Source of the DNA: Auanema rhodensis
Taxonomy: Eukaryota; Animalia; Nematoda
Length of the DNA stretch: 64,000 nt
Reading direction: 5' to 3'
NCBI GenBank assembly: GCA_964057225.1
Contig: OZ059896.1
Coordinates: 23,498,001 to 23,562,000, forward strand
Of the stretch, positions 23,101 through 38,649 are shown piece after piece (within the stretch, counting starts at the first letter, position 1; each line of letters opens with the position of its first letter). Under the pieces are notes generated by a model that was not told the origin of the DNA, did not search any database, and saw only the letters and a list, made by a program, of their open reading frames with translations. The translations under genes and the position numbers were made by a program.

Positions 23101-26100
23101 TGATATTGGTGCATGGTAACCATGACTTTGAAATTTACGTGAACTTTAATTTATGCTAATTAAATGTACACTTGATGTACACTTGGTATGTAACTCGCTT
23201 CACGTGAAAGATAAAGAGATGCGGTTTTCAAAATTAGATTCCCCATGTCCATATTAGTCTAAAAACAAATTTTTATTGATATTGCTTCATGGTAACCATG
23301 ACTTTGAAATTTACGTGAACTTTAATTTATGCTAATTAAATGTACACGTGATGTGCACTTGGTATGTAACTTGCTTCACGTGAAAGATAAAGAGATGCGG
23401 TTTTCAAAATTAGATTCCCCATGTCCATATTAGTCTAAAAACAAATTTTTATTGATATTGGTTCATGGTAACCATGACTTTGAAATTTACGTGAACTTTA
23501 ATTTATGCTAATTAAATGTACACGTGATGTGCACTTGGTATGTAACTCGCTTCACGTGAAAGATAAAGAGATGCGGTTTTCAAAATTAGATTCCCCATGT
23601 CCATATTAGTCTAAAAACAAATTTTTATTGATATTGGTGCATGGTAACCATGACTTTGAAATTTACGTGAACTTTAATTTATGCTAATTAAATGTACACG
23701 TGATGTGCACTTGGTATGTAACTCGCTTCACGTGAAAGATAAAGAGATGCGGTTTTCAAAATTAGATTCCCCATGTCCATATGAGTCTAAAAACAAATTT
23801 TTATTGATATTGGTGCATGGTAACCATGACTTTGAAATTTACGTGAACTTTAATTTATGCTAATTAAATGTACACGTGATGTGCACTTGGTAAGTAACTC
23901 GCTTCACGTGAAAGATAAAGAGATGCGGTTTTCAAAATTAGATTCCCCATGTCCATATTAGTCTAAAAACAAATTTTTATTGATATTGCTTCATGGTAAC
24001 CATGACTTTGAAATTTACGTGAACTTTAATTTATGCTAATTAAATGTACACGTGATGTGCACTTGGTATGTAACTCGCTTCACGTGAAAGATAAAGAGAT
24101 GCGGTTTTCAAAATTAGATTCCCCATGTCCATATTAGTCTAAAAACAAATTTTTATTGATATTGGTGCATGGTAACCATGACTTTGAAATTTACGTGAAC
24201 TTTAATTTATGCTAATTAAATGTACACTTGATGTACACTTGGTATGTAACTCGCTTCACGTGAAAGATAAAGAGATGCGGTTTTCAAAATTAGATTCCCC
24301 ATGTCCATATTAGTCTAAAAACAAATTTTTATTGATATTGGTGCATGGTAACCTTGACTTTGAAATTTACGTGAACTTTAATTTATGCTAATTAAATGTA
24401 CACGTGATGTGCACTTGGTATGTAACTCGCTTCACGTGAAAGATAAAGAGATGCGGTTTTCAAAATTAGATTCCCCATGTCCATATTAGTCTAAAAACAA
24501 ATTTTTATTGATATTGGTTCATGGTAACCATGACTTTGAAATTTACGTGAACTTTAATTTATGCTAATTAAATGTACACGTGATGTGCACTTGGTATGTA
24601 ACTCGCTTCACGTGAAAGATAAAGAGATGCGGTTTTCAAAATTAGATTCCCCATGTCCATATTAGTCTAAAAACAAATTTTTATTGATATTGCTTCATGG
24701 TAACCATGACTTTGAAATTTACGTGAACTTTAATTTATGCTAATTAAATGTACACGTGATGTGCACTTGGTATGTAACTCGCTTCACGTGAAAGATAAAG
24801 AGATGCGGTTTTCAAAATTAGATTCCCCATGTCCATATTAGTCTAAAAACAAATTTTTATTGATATTGGTTCATGGTAACCATGACTTTGAAATTTACGT
24901 GAACTTTAATTTATGCTAATTAAATGTACACGTGATGTGCACTTGGTATGTAACTCGCTTCACGTGAAAGATAAAGAGATGCGGTTTTCAAAATTAGATT
25001 CCCCATGTCCATATTAGTCTAAAAACAAATTTTTATTGATATTGGTTCATGGTAACCATGACTTTGAAATTTACGTGAACTTTAATTTATGCTAATTAAA
25101 TGTACACGTGATGTGCACTTGGTATGTAACTCGCTTCACGTGAAAGATAAAGAGATGCGGTTTTCAAAATTAGATTCCCCATGTCCATATTAGTCTAAAA
25201 ACAAATTTTTATTGATATTGGTTCATGGTAACCATGACTTTGAAATTTACGTGAACTTTAATTTATGCTAATTAAATGTACACGTGATGTGCACTCGGTA
25301 TGTAACTTGCTTCACGTGAAAGATAAAGAGATGCGGTTTTCAAAATTAGATTCCCCATGTCCATATTAGTCTAAAAACAAATTTTTATTGATATTGGTTC
25401 ATGGTAACCATGACTTTGAAATTTACGTGAACTTTAATTTATGCTAATTAAATGTACACGTGATGTGCACTTGGTATGTAACTCGCTTCACGTGAAAGAT
25501 AAAGAGATGCGGTTTTCAAAATTAGATTCCCCATGTCCATATTAGTCTAAAAACAAATTTTTATTGATATTGGTGCATGGTAACCATGACTTTGAAATTT
25601 ACGTGAACTTTAATTTATGCTAATTAAATGTACACTTGATGTACACTTGGTATGTAACTCGCTTCACGTGAAAGATAAAGAGATGCGGTTTTCAAAATTA
25701 GATTCCCCATGTCCATATTAGTCTAAAAACAAATTTTTATTGATATTGCTTCATGGTAACCATGACTTTGAAATTTACGTGAACTTTAATTTATGCTAAT
25801 TAAATGTACACGTGATGTGCACTTGGTATGTAACTCGCTTCACGTGAAAGATAAAGAGATGCGGTTTTCAAAATTAGATTCCCCATGTCCATATTAGTCT
25901 AAAAACAAATTTTTATTGATATTGGTGCATGGTAACCATGACTTTGAAATTTACGTGAACTTTAATTTATGCTAATTAAATGTACACTTGATGTACACTT
26001 GGTATGTAACTCGCTTCACGTGAAAGATAAAGAGATGCGGTTTTCAAAATTAGATTCCCCATGTCCATATTAGTCTAAAAACAAATTTTTATTGATATTG

Positions 26101-28259
26101 GTGCATGGTAACCTTGACTTTGAAATTTACGTGAACTTTAATTTATGCTAATTAAATGTACACGTGATGTGCACTTGGTATGTAACTCGCTTCACGTGAA
26201 AGATAAAGAGATGCGGTTTTCTAAATTAGATTCCCCATGTCCATATTAGTCTAAAAACAAATTTTTATTGATATTGGTGCATGGTAACCATGACTTGGAA
26301 ATTAACGTGAACTTTAATTTATGCTAATTAAATGTACACGTGATGTACACTTGGTATGTAACTTGCTTCACGTGAAAGATAAAGAGATGCGGTTCTCAAA
26401 ATTAGATTCCCCATGTCCATATTAGTCTAAAAACAAATTTTTATTGATATTGGTGCATGGTAACCATGACTTTGAAATTTACGTGAACTTTAATTTATGC
26501 TAATTAAATGTACACGTGATGTGCACTTGGTAAGTAACTCGCTTCACGTGAAAGATAAAGAGATGCGGTTTTCCAAATTAGATTCCCCATGTCCATATTA
26601 GTCTAAAAACAAATTTTTATTGATATTGGTGCATGGTAACCATGACTTGGAAATTAACGTGAACATTAATTTATGCTAATTAAATGTACACGTGATGTAC
26701 ACTTGGTATGTAACTTGCTTCACGTGAAAGATAAAGAGATGCGGTTTTCAAAATTAGATTCCCCATGTCCATATTAGTCTAAAAACAAATTTTTATTGAT
26801 ATTGGTGCATGGTAACCATGACTTTGAAATTTACGTGAACTTTAATTTATGCTAATTAAATGTACACGTGATGTGCACTTGGTAAGTAACTCGCTTCACG
26901 TGAAAGATAAAGAGATGCGGTTTTCAAAATTAGATTCCCCATTTCCATATTAGTCTAAAAACAAATTTTTATTGATATTGGTTCATGGTAACCATGACTT
27001 TGAAATTTACGTGAACTTTAATTTATGCTAATTAAATGTACACGTGATGTGCACTTGGTATGTAACTCGCTTCACGTGAAAGATAAAGAGATGCGGTTTT
27101 CAAAATTAGATTCCCCATGTCCATATTAGTCTAAAAACAAATTTTTATTGATATTGCTTCATGGTAACCATGACTTTGAAATTTACGTGAACTTTAATTT
27201 ATGCTAATTAAATGTACACGTGATGTGCACTTGGTATGTAACTCGCTTCACGTGAAAGATAAAGAGATGCGGTTTTCAAAATTAGATATCCCATGTCCAT
27301 ATTAGTCTAAAAACAAATTTTTATTGATATTGGTTCATGGTAACCATGACTTTGAAATTTACGTGAACTTTAATTTATGCTAATTAAATGTACACGTGAT
27401 GTGCACTTGGTATGTAACTCGCTTCACGTGAAAGATAAAGAGATGCGGTTTTCAAAATTAGATTCCCCATGTCCATATTAGTCTAAAAACAAATTTTTAT
27501 TGATATTGGTTCATGGTAACCATGACTTTGAAATTTACGTGAACTTTAATTTATGCTAATTAAATGTACACGTGATGTGCACTTGGTATGTAACTCGCTT
27601 CACGTGAAAGATAAAGAGATGCGGTTTTCAAAATTAGATTCCCCATGTCCATATTAGTCTAAAAACAAATTTTTATTGATATTGGTGCATGGTAACCATG
27701 ACTTTGAAATTTACGTGAACTTTAATTTATGCTAATTAAATGTACACGTGATGTGCACTTGGTATGTAACTCGCTTCACGTGAAAGATAAAGAGATGCGG
27801 TTTTCAAAATTAGATTCCCCATGTCCATATTAGTCTAAAAACAAATTTTTATTGATATTGCTTCATGGTAACCATGACTTTGAAATTTACGTGAACTTTA
27901 ATTTATGCTAATTAAATGTACACGTGATGTGCACTCGGTATGTAACTCGCTTCACGTGAAAGATAAAGAGATGCGGTTTTCAAAATTAGATTCCCCATGT
28001 CCATATTAGTCTAAAAACAAATTTTTATTGATATTGGTTCATGGTAACCATGACTTTGAAATTTACGTGAACTTTAATTTATGCTAATTAAATGTACACG
28101 TGATGTGCACTTGGTATGTAACTCGTTTCACGTGAAAGATAAAGAGATGCGGTTTTCAAAATTAGATTCCCCATGTCCATATTAGTCTAAAAACAAATTT
28201 TTATTGATATTGGTTCATGGTAACCATGACTTTGAAATTTACGTGAACTTTAATTTATG

Positions 28260-31200
28260 CTAATTAAATGTACACGTGATGTGCACTTGGTATGTAACTC
28301 GTTTCACGTGAAAGATAAAGAGATGCGGTTTTCAAAATTAGATTCCCCATGTCCATATTAGTCTAAAAACAAATTTTTATTGATATTGGTGCATGGTAAC
28401 CTTGACTTTGAAATTAACGTGAACTTTAATTTATGCTAATTAAATGTACACGTGATGTACACTTGGTATGTAACTTGCTTCACGTGAAAGATAAAGAGAT
28501 GCGGTTTTCAAAATTAGATTCCCCATGTCCATATTAGTCTAAAAACAAATTTTTATTGATATTGGTTCATGGTAACCATGACTTTGAAATTTACGTGAAC
28601 TTTAATTTATGCTAATTAAATGTACACGTGATGTGCACTTGGTAAGTAACTCGCTTCACGTGAAAGATAAAGAGATGCGGTTTTCAAAATTAGATTCCCC
28701 ATGTCCATATTAGTCTAAAAACAAATTTTTATTGATATTGGCGCATGGTAACCATGACTTTGAATTTTACGTGAACTTTAATTTATGCTAATTAAATGTA
28801 CACGTGATGTGCACTTGGTATGTAACTCGCTTCACGTGAAAGATAAAGAGATGCGGTTTTCAAAATTAGATTCCCCATGTCCATATTAGTCTAAAAACAA
28901 ATTTTTATTGATATTGGTGCATGGTAACCATGACTTTGAATTTTACGTGAACTTTAATTTATGCTAATTAAATGTACACGTGATGTGCACTTGGTATGTA
29001 ACTCGCTTCGCGTGAAAGATAAAGAGATGCGGTTTTCAAAATTAGATTCCCCATGTCCATATTAGTCTAAAAACAAATTTTTATTGATATTGCTTCATGG
29101 TAACCATGACTTTGAAATTTACGTGAACTTTAATTTATGCTAATTAAATGTACACGTGATGTGCACTTGGTATGTAACTCGCTTCACGTGAAAGATAAAG
29201 AGATGCGGTTTTCAAAATTAGATTCCCCATGTCCATATTAGTCTAAAAACAATTTTTTATTGATATTGGTGCATGGTAACCATGACTTTGAAATTTACGT
29301 GAACTTTAATTTATGCTAATTAAATGTACACGTGATGTGCACTTGGTATGTAACTCGTTTCACGTGAAAGATAAAGAGATGCGGTTTTCAAAATTAGATT
29401 CCCCATGTCCATATTAGTCTAAAAACAAATTTTTATTGATATTGGTGCATGGTAACCTTGACTTTGAAATTAACGTGAACTTTAATTTATGCTAATTAAA
29501 TGTACACGTGATGTACACTTGGTATGTAACTTGCTTCACGTGAAAGATAAAGAGATGCGGTTTTCAAAATTAGATTCCCCATGTCCATATTAGTCTAAAA
29601 ACAAATTTTTATTGATATTGGTTCATGGTAACCATGACTTTGAAATTTACGTGAACTTTAATTTATGCTAATTAAATGTACACGTGATGTGCACTTGGTA
29701 AGTAACTCGCTTCACGTGAAAGATAAAGAGATGCGGTTTTCAAAATTAGATTCCCCATGTCCATATTAGTCTAAAAACAAATTTTTATTGATATTGGCGC
29801 ATGGTAACCATGACTTTGAATTTTACGTGAACTTTAATTTATGCTAATTAAATGTACACGTGATGTGCACTTGGTATGTAACTCGCTTCACGTGAAAGAT
29901 AAAGAGATGCGGTTTTCAAAATTAGATTCCCCATGTCCATATTAGTCTAAAAACAAATTTTTATTGATATTGGTGCATGGTAACCATGACTTTGAATTTT
30001 ACGTGAACTTTAATTTATGCTAATTAAATGTACACGTGATGTGCACTTGGTATGTAACTCGCTTCGCGTGAAAGATAAAGAGATGCGGTTTTCAAAATTA
30101 GATTCCCCATGTCCATATTAGTCTAAAAACAAATTTTTATTGATATTGCTTCATGGTAACCATGACTTTGAAATTTACGTGAACTTTAATTTATGCTAAT
30201 TAAATGTACACGTGATGTGCACTTGGTATGTAACTCGCTTCACGTGAAAGATAAAGAGATGCGGTTTTCAAAATTAGATTCCCCATGTCCATATTAGTCT
30301 AAAAACAATTTTTTATTGATATTGGTGCATGGTAACCATGACTTTGAAATTTACGTGAACTTTAATTTATGCTAATTAAATGTACACGTGATGTGCACTT
30401 GGTATGTAACTCGCTTCACGTGAAAGATAAAGAGATGCGGTTTTCAAAATTAGATTCCCCATGTCCATATTAGTCTAAAAACAAATTTTTATTGATATTG
30501 GTGCATGGTAACCATGACTTTGAAATTTACGTGAACTTTAATTTATGCTAATTAAATGTACACTTGATGTACACTTGGTATGTAACTCGCTTCACGTGAA
30601 AGATAAAGAGATGCGGTTTTCAAAATTAGATTCCCCATGTCCATATTAGTCTAAAAACAAATTTTTATTGATATTGGCGCATGGTAACCATGACTTTGAA
30701 TTTTACGTGAACTTTAATTTATGCTAATTAAATGTACACGTGATGTGCACTTGGTATGTAACTCGCTTCACGTGAAAGATAAAGAGATGCGGTTTTCAAA
30801 ATTAGATTCCCCATGTCCATATTAGTCTAAAAACAATTTTTTATTGATATTGGTGCATGGTAACCATGACTTTGAATTTTACGTGAACTTTAATTTATGC
30901 TAATTAAATGTACACGTGATGTGCACTTGGTATGTAACTCGCTTCACGTGAAAGATAAAGAGATGCGGTTTTCAAAATTAGATTCCCCATGTCCATATTA
31001 GTCTAAAAACAAATTTTTATTGATATTGGTGCATGGTAACCATGACTTTGAATTTTACGTGAACTTTAATTTATGCTAATTAAATGTACACGTGATGTGC
31101 ACTTGGTATGTAACTCGCTTCGCGTGAAAGATAAAGAGATGCGGTTTTCAAAATTAGATTCCCCATGTCCATATTAGTCTAAAAACAAATTTTTATTGAT

Positions 31201-31600
31201 ATTGCTTCATGGTAACCATGACTTTGAAATTTACGTGAACTTTAATTTATGCTAATTAAATGTACACGTGATGTGCACTTGGTATGTAACTCGCTTCACG
31301 TGAAAGATAAAGAGATGCGGTTTTCAAAATTAGATTCCCCATGTCCATATTAGTCTAAAAACAATTTTTTATTGATATTGGTGCATGGTAACCATGACTT
31401 TGAAATTTACGTGAACTTTAATTTATGCTAATTAAATGTACACGTGATGTGCACTTGGTATGTAACTCGCTTCACGTGAAAGATAAAGAGATGCGGTTTT
31501 CAAAATTAGATTCCCCATGTCCATATTAGTCTAAAAACAAATTTTTATTGATATTGGTGCATGGTAACCATGACTTTGAAATTTACGTGAACTTTAATTT
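28260..31600. repeat. 6-monomer (1056-bp) higher-order repeat, ~3 copies; boundaries approximate
   Basis: TTCGCGTG variant at 29010, 30066, 31122; GGCGCATGG variant at 28742 and 29798. Confidence 0.85.
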
Positions 31601-34600
31601 ATGCTAATTAAATGTACACTTGATGTACACTTGGTATGTAACTCGCTTCACGTGAAAGATAAAGAGATGCGGTTTTCAAAATTAGATTCCCCATGTCCAT
31701 ATTAGTCTAAAAACAAATTTTTATTGATATTGGTGCATGGTAACCTTGACTTTGAAATTTACGTGAACTTTAATTTATGCTAATTAAATGTACACGTGAT
31801 GTGCACTTGGTATGTAACTCGCTTCACGTGAAAGATAAAGAGATGCGGTTTTCAAAATTAGATTCCCCATGTCCATATTAGTCTAAAAACAAATTTTTAT
31901 TGATATTGGTTCATGGTAACCATGACTTTGAAATATACGTGAACTTTAATTTATGCTAATTAAATGTACACGTGATGTGCACTTGGTATGGAACTCGCTT
32001 CACGTGAAAGATAAAGAGATGCGGTTTTCACAATTAGATTCCCCATGTCCATATTAGTCTAAAAACAAATTTGTATTGATATTGGTTCATGGTAACCATG
32101 ACTTTGAAATTTACGTGAACTTTAATTTATGCTAATTAAATGTACACGTGATGTGCACTTGGTATGTAACTCGCTTCACGTGAAAGATAAAGAGATGCGG
32201 TTTTCAAAATTAGATTCCCCATGTCCATATTAGTCTAAAAACAAATTTTTATTGATATTGCTTCATGGTAACCATGACTTTGAAATTTACGTGAACTTTA
32301 ATTTATGCTAATTAAATGTACACGTGATGTGCACTTGGTATGTAACTCGCTTCACGTGAAAGATAAAGAGATGCGGTTTTCAAAATTAGATTCCCCATGT
32401 CCATATTAGTCTAAAAACAAATTTTTATTGATATTGGTGCATGGTAACCATGACTTTGAAATTTACGTGAACTTTAATTTATGCTAATTAAATGTACACT
32501 TGTTGTACACTTGGTATGTAACTCGCTTCACGTGAAAGATAAAGAGATGCGGTTTTCAAAATTAGATTCCCCATGTCCATATTAGTCTAAAAACAAATTT
32601 TTATTGATATTGGTGCATGGTAACCTTGACTTTAAATTTACGTGAACTTTAATTTATGCTAATTAAATGTACACGTGATGTGCACTTGGTATGTAACTCG
32701 CTTCACGTGAAAGATAAAGAGATGCGGTTTTTAAAATTAGATTCCCCATGTCCATATTAGTCTAAAAACAAATTTTTATTGATATTGGTGCATGGTAACC
32801 ATGACTTTGAAATTTACGTGAACTTTAATTTATGCTAATTAAATGTACACTTGATGTACACTTGGTATGTAACTCGCTTCACGTGAAAGATAAAGAGATG
32901 CGGTTTTCAAAATTAGATTCCCCATGTCCATATTAGTCTAAAAACAAATTTTTATTGATATTGGTGCATGGTAACCTTGACTTTGAAATTTACGTGAACT
33001 TTAATTTATGCTAATTAAATGTACACGTGATGTGCACTTGGTATGTAACTCGCTTCACGTGAAAGATAAAGAGATGCGGTTTTCAAAATTAGATTCCCCA
33101 TGTCCATATTAGTCTAAAAACAAATTTTTATTGATATTGGTGCATGGTAACCATGACTTTGAATTTTACGTGAACTTTAATTTATGCTAATTAAATGTAC
33201 ACGTGATGTGCACTTGGTATGGAACTCGCTTCACGTGAAAGATAAAGAGATGCGGTTTTCAAAATTAGATTCCCCATGTCCATATTAGTCTAAAAACAAA
33301 TTTTTATTGATATTGGTTCATGGTAACCATGACTTTGAAATTTACGTGAACTTTAATTTATGCTAATTAAATGTACACGTGATGTGCACTTGGTATGTAA
33401 CTCGCTTCACGTGAAAGATAAAGAGATGCGGTTTTCAAAATTAGATTCCCCATGTCCATATTAGTCTAAAAACAAATTTTTATTGATATTGCTTCATGGT
33501 AACCATGACTTTGAAATTTACGTGAACTTTAATTTATGCTAATTAAATGTACACGTGATGTGAACTTGGTATGTAACTCGCTTCACGTGAAAGATAAAGA
33601 GATGCGGTTTTCAAAATTAGATTCCCCATGTCCATATTAGTCTAAAAACAAATTTTTATTGATATTGGTGCATGGTAACCATGACTTTGAAATTTACGTG
33701 AACTTTAATTTATGCTAATTAAATGTACACGTGATGTGCACTTGGTATGTAACTCGCTTCACGTGAAAGATAAAGAGATGCGGTTTTCAAAATTAGATTC
33801 CCCATGTCCATATTAGTCTAAAAACAAATTTTTATTGATATTGGTGCATGGTAACCTTGACTTTGAAATTTACGTGAACTTTAATTTATGCTAATTAAAT
33901 GTACACGTGATGTACACTTGGTATGTAACTTGCTTCACGTGAAAGATAAAGAAATGCGGTTTTCAAAATTAGATTCCCCATGTCCATATTAGTCTGAAAA
34001 CAAATTTTTATTGATATTGGTGCATGGTAACCATGACTTTGAAATTAACGTGAACTTTAATTTATGCTAATTAAATGTACACGTGATGTACACTTGGTAT
34101 GTAACTTGCTTCACGTGAAAGATAAAGAGATGCGGTTTTCAAAATTAGATTCCCCATGTCCATATTAGTCTAAAAACAAATTTTTATTGATATTGCTTCA
34201 TGGTAACCATGACTTTGAAATTTACGTGAACTTTAATTTATGCTAATTAAATGTACACGTGATGTGAACTTGGTATGTAACTCGCTTCACGTGAAAGATA
34301 AAGAGATGCGGTTTTCAAAATTAGATTCCCCATGTCCATATTAGTCTAAAAACAAATTTTTATTGATATTGGTGCATGGTAACCATGACTTTGAAATTTA
34401 CGTGAACTTTAATTTATGCTAATTAAATGTACACGTGATGTGCACTTGGTATGTAACTCGCTTCACGTGAAAGATAAAGAGATGCGGTTTTCAAAATTAG
34501 ATTCCCCATGTCCATATTAGTCTAAAAACAAATTTTTATTGATATTGGTGCATGGTAACCTTGACTTTGAAATTTACGTGAACTTTAATTTATGCTAATT

Positions 34601-37600
34601 AAATGTACACGTGATGTACACTTGGTATGTAACTTGCTTCACGTGAAAGATAAAGAAATGCGGTTTTCAAAATTAGATTCCCCATGTCCATATTAGTCTA
34701 AAAACAAATTTTTATTGATATTGGTGCATGGTAACCATGACTTTGAAATTAACGTGAACTTTAATTTATGCTAATTAAATGTACACGTGATGTACACTTG
34801 GTATGTAACTTGCTTCACGTGAAAGATAAAGAGATGCGGTTTTCAAAATTAGATTCCCCATGTCCATATTAGTCTAAAAACAAATTTTTATTGATATTGG
34901 TGCATGGTAACCATGACTTTGAATTTTACGTGAACTTTAATTTATGCTAATTAAATGTACACGTGATGTGCACTTGGTATGTAACTCGCTTCACGTGAAA
35001 GATAAAGAGATGCGGTTTTCAAAATTAGATTACCCATGTCCATATTAGTCTAAAAACAAATTTTTATTGTTATTGGTGCATGGTAACCATGACTTTGAAT
35101 TTTACGTGAACTTTAATTTATGCTAATTAAATGTACACGTGATGTGCACTTGGTATGTAACTCGCTTCACGTGAAAGATAAAGAGATGCGGTTTTCAAAA
35201 TTAGATTACCCATGTCCATATTAGTCTAAAAACAAATTTTTATTGATATTGGTGCATGGTAACCATGACTTTGAATTTTACGTGAACTTTAATTTATGCT
35301 AATTAAATGTACACGTGATGTGCACTTGGTATGTAACTCGCTTCACGTGAAAGATAAAGAGATGCGGTTTTCAAAATTAGATTACCCATGTCCATATTAG
35401 TCTAAAAACAAATTTTTATTGTTATTGGTGCATGGTAACCATGACTTTGAATTTTACGTGAACTTTAATTTATGCTAATTAAATGTACACGTGATGTGCA
35501 CTTGGTATGTAACTCGCTTCACGTGAAAGATAAAGAGATGCGGTTTTCAAAATTAGATTCCCCATGTCCATATTAGTCTAAAAACAAATTTTTATTGATA
35601 TTGCTTCATGGTAACCATGACTTTGAAATTTACGTGAACTTTAATTTATGCTAATTAAATGTACACGTGATGTGCACTTGGTATGTAACTCGCTTCACGT
35701 GAAAGATAAAGAGATGCGGTTTTCAAAATTAGATTCCCCATGTCCATATTAGTCTAAAAACAAATTTTTATTGATATTGGTGCATGGTAACCATGACTTT
35801 GAAATTTACGTGAACTTTAATTTATGCTAATTAAATGTACATTTGATGTACACTTGGTATGTAACTCGCTTCACGTGAAAGATAAAGAGATGCGGTTTTC
35901 CAAATTAGATTCCCCATGTCCATATTAGTCTAAAAACAAATTTTTATTGATATTGGTGCATGGTAACCATGACTTGGAAATTAACGTGAACTTTAATTTA
36001 TGCTAATTAAATGTACACGTGATGTACACTTGGTATGTAACTTGCTTCACGTGAAAGATAAAGAAATGCGGTTTTCAAAATTAGATTCCCCATGTCCATA
36101 TTAGTCTAAAAACAAATTTTTATTGATATTGGTGCATGGTAACCATGACTTTGAAATTAACGTGAACTTTAATTTATGCTAATTAAATGTACACGTGATG
36201 TACACTTGGTATGTAACTTGCTTCACGTGAAAGATAAAAAGATGCGGTTTTCAAAATTAGATTCCCCATGTCCATATTAGTTTAAAAACAAATTTTTATT
36301 GATATTGGTGCATGGTAACCATGACTTTGAATTTTACGTGAACTTTAATTTATGCTAATTAAATGTACACGTGATGTGCACTTGGTATGTAACTCGCTTC
36401 ACGTGAAAGATAAAGAGATGCGGTTTTCAAAATTAGATTACCCATGTCCATATTAGTCTAAAAACAAATTTTTATTGTTATTGGTGCATGGTAACCATGA
36501 CTTTGAATTTTACGTGAACTTTAATTTATGCTAATTAAATGTACACGTGATGTGCACTTGGTATGTAACTCGCTTCACGTGAAAGATAAAGAGATGCGGT
36601 TTTCAAAATTAGATTACCCATGTCCATATTAGTCTAAAAACAAATTTTTATTGATATTGGTGCATGGTAACCATGACTTTGAATTTTACGTGAACTTTAA
36701 TTTATGCTAATTAAATGTACACGTGATGTGCACTTGGTATGTAACTCGCTTCACGTGAAAGATAAAGAGATGCGGTTTTCAAAATTAGATTACCCATGTC
36801 CATATTAGTCTAAAAACAAATTTTTATTGTTATTGGTGCATGGTAACCATGACTTTGAATTTTACGTGAACTTTAATTTATGCTAATTAAATGTACACGT
36901 GATGTGCACTTGGTATGTAACTCGCTTCACGTGAAAGATAAAGAGATGCGGTTTTCAAAATTAGATTCCCCATGTCCATATTAGTCTAAAAACAAATTTT
37001 TATTGATATTGCTTCATGGTAACCATGACTTTGAAATTTACGTGAACTTTAATTTATGCTAATTAAATGTACACGTGATGTGCACTTGGTATGTAACTCG
37101 CTTCACGTGAAAGATAAAGAGATGCGGTTTTCAAAATTAGATTCCCCATGTCCATATTAGTCTAAAAACAAATTTTTATTGATATTGGTGCATGGTAACC
37201 ATGACTTTGAAATTTACGTGAACTTTAATTTATGCTAATTAAATGTACACTTGATGTACACTTGGTATGTAACTCGCTTCACGTGAAAGATAAAGAGATG
37301 CGGTTTTCAAAATTAGATTCCCCATGTCCATATTAGTCTAAAAACAAATTTTTATTGATATTGGTGCATGGTAACCTTGACTTTGAAATTTACGTGAACT
37401 TTAATTTATGCTAATTAAATGTACACGTGATGTGCACTTGGTATGTAACTCGCTTCACGTGAAAGATAAAGAGATGCGGTTTTCCAAATTAGATTCCCCA
37501 TGTCCATATTAGTCTAAAAACAAATTTTTATTGATATTGGTGCATGGTAACCATGACTTGGAAATTAACGTGAACTTTAATTTATGCTAATTAAATGTAC

Positions 37601-38649
37601 ACGTGATGTACACTTGGTATGTAACTTGCTTCACGTGAAAGATAAAGAGATGCGGTTTTCAAAATTAGATTCCCCATGTCCATATTAGTCTAAAAACAAA
37701 TTTTTATTGATATTGGTGCATGGTAACCATGACTTTGAAATTTACGTGAACTTTAATTTATGCTAATTAAATGTACACGTGATGTGCACTTGGTAAGTAA
37801 CTCGCTTCACGTGAAAGATAAAGAGATGCGGTTTTCAAAATTAGATTCCCCATTTCCATATTAGTCTAAAAACAAATTTTTATTGATATTGGTTCATGGT
37901 AACCATGACTTTGAAATTTACGTGAACTTTAATTTATGCTAATTAAATGTACACGTGATGTGCACTTGGTATGTAACTCGCTTCACGTGAAAGATAAAGA
38001 GATGCGGTTTTCAAAATTAGATTCCCCATGTCCATATTAGTCTAAAAACAAATTTTTATTGATATTGCTTCATGGTAACCATGACTTTGAAATTTACGTG
38101 AACTTTAATTTATGCTAATTAAATGTACACGTGATGTGCACTTGGTATGTAACTCGCTTCACGTGAAAGATAAAGAGATGCGGTTTTCAAAATTAGATTC
38201 CCCATGTCCATATTAGTCTAAAAACAAATTTTTATTGATATTGGTTCATGGTAACCATGACTTTGAAATTTACGTGAACTTTAATTTATGCTAATTAAAT
38301 GTACACGTGATGTGCACTTGGTATGTAACTCGCTTCACGTGAAAGATAAAGAGATGCGGTTTTCAAAATTAGATTCCCCATGTCCATATTAGTCTAAAAA
38401 CAAATTTTTATTGATATTGGTTCATGGTAACCATGACTTTGAAATTTACGTGAACTTTAATTTATGCTAATTAAATGTACACGTGATGTGCACTTGGTAT
38501 GTAACTCGCTTCACGTGAAAGATAAAGAGATGCGGTTTTCAAAATTAGATTCCCCATGTCCATATTAGTCTAAAAACAAATTTTTATTGATATTGGTGCA
38601 TGGTAACCATGACTTTGAAATTTACGTGAACTTTAATTTATGCTAATTA

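Noticed and set aside
23681-23863. 60-aa ORF in the satellite
   Set aside because: Created by a single TAG-to-GAG change at ~23783 in one monomer; no other sign of coding.
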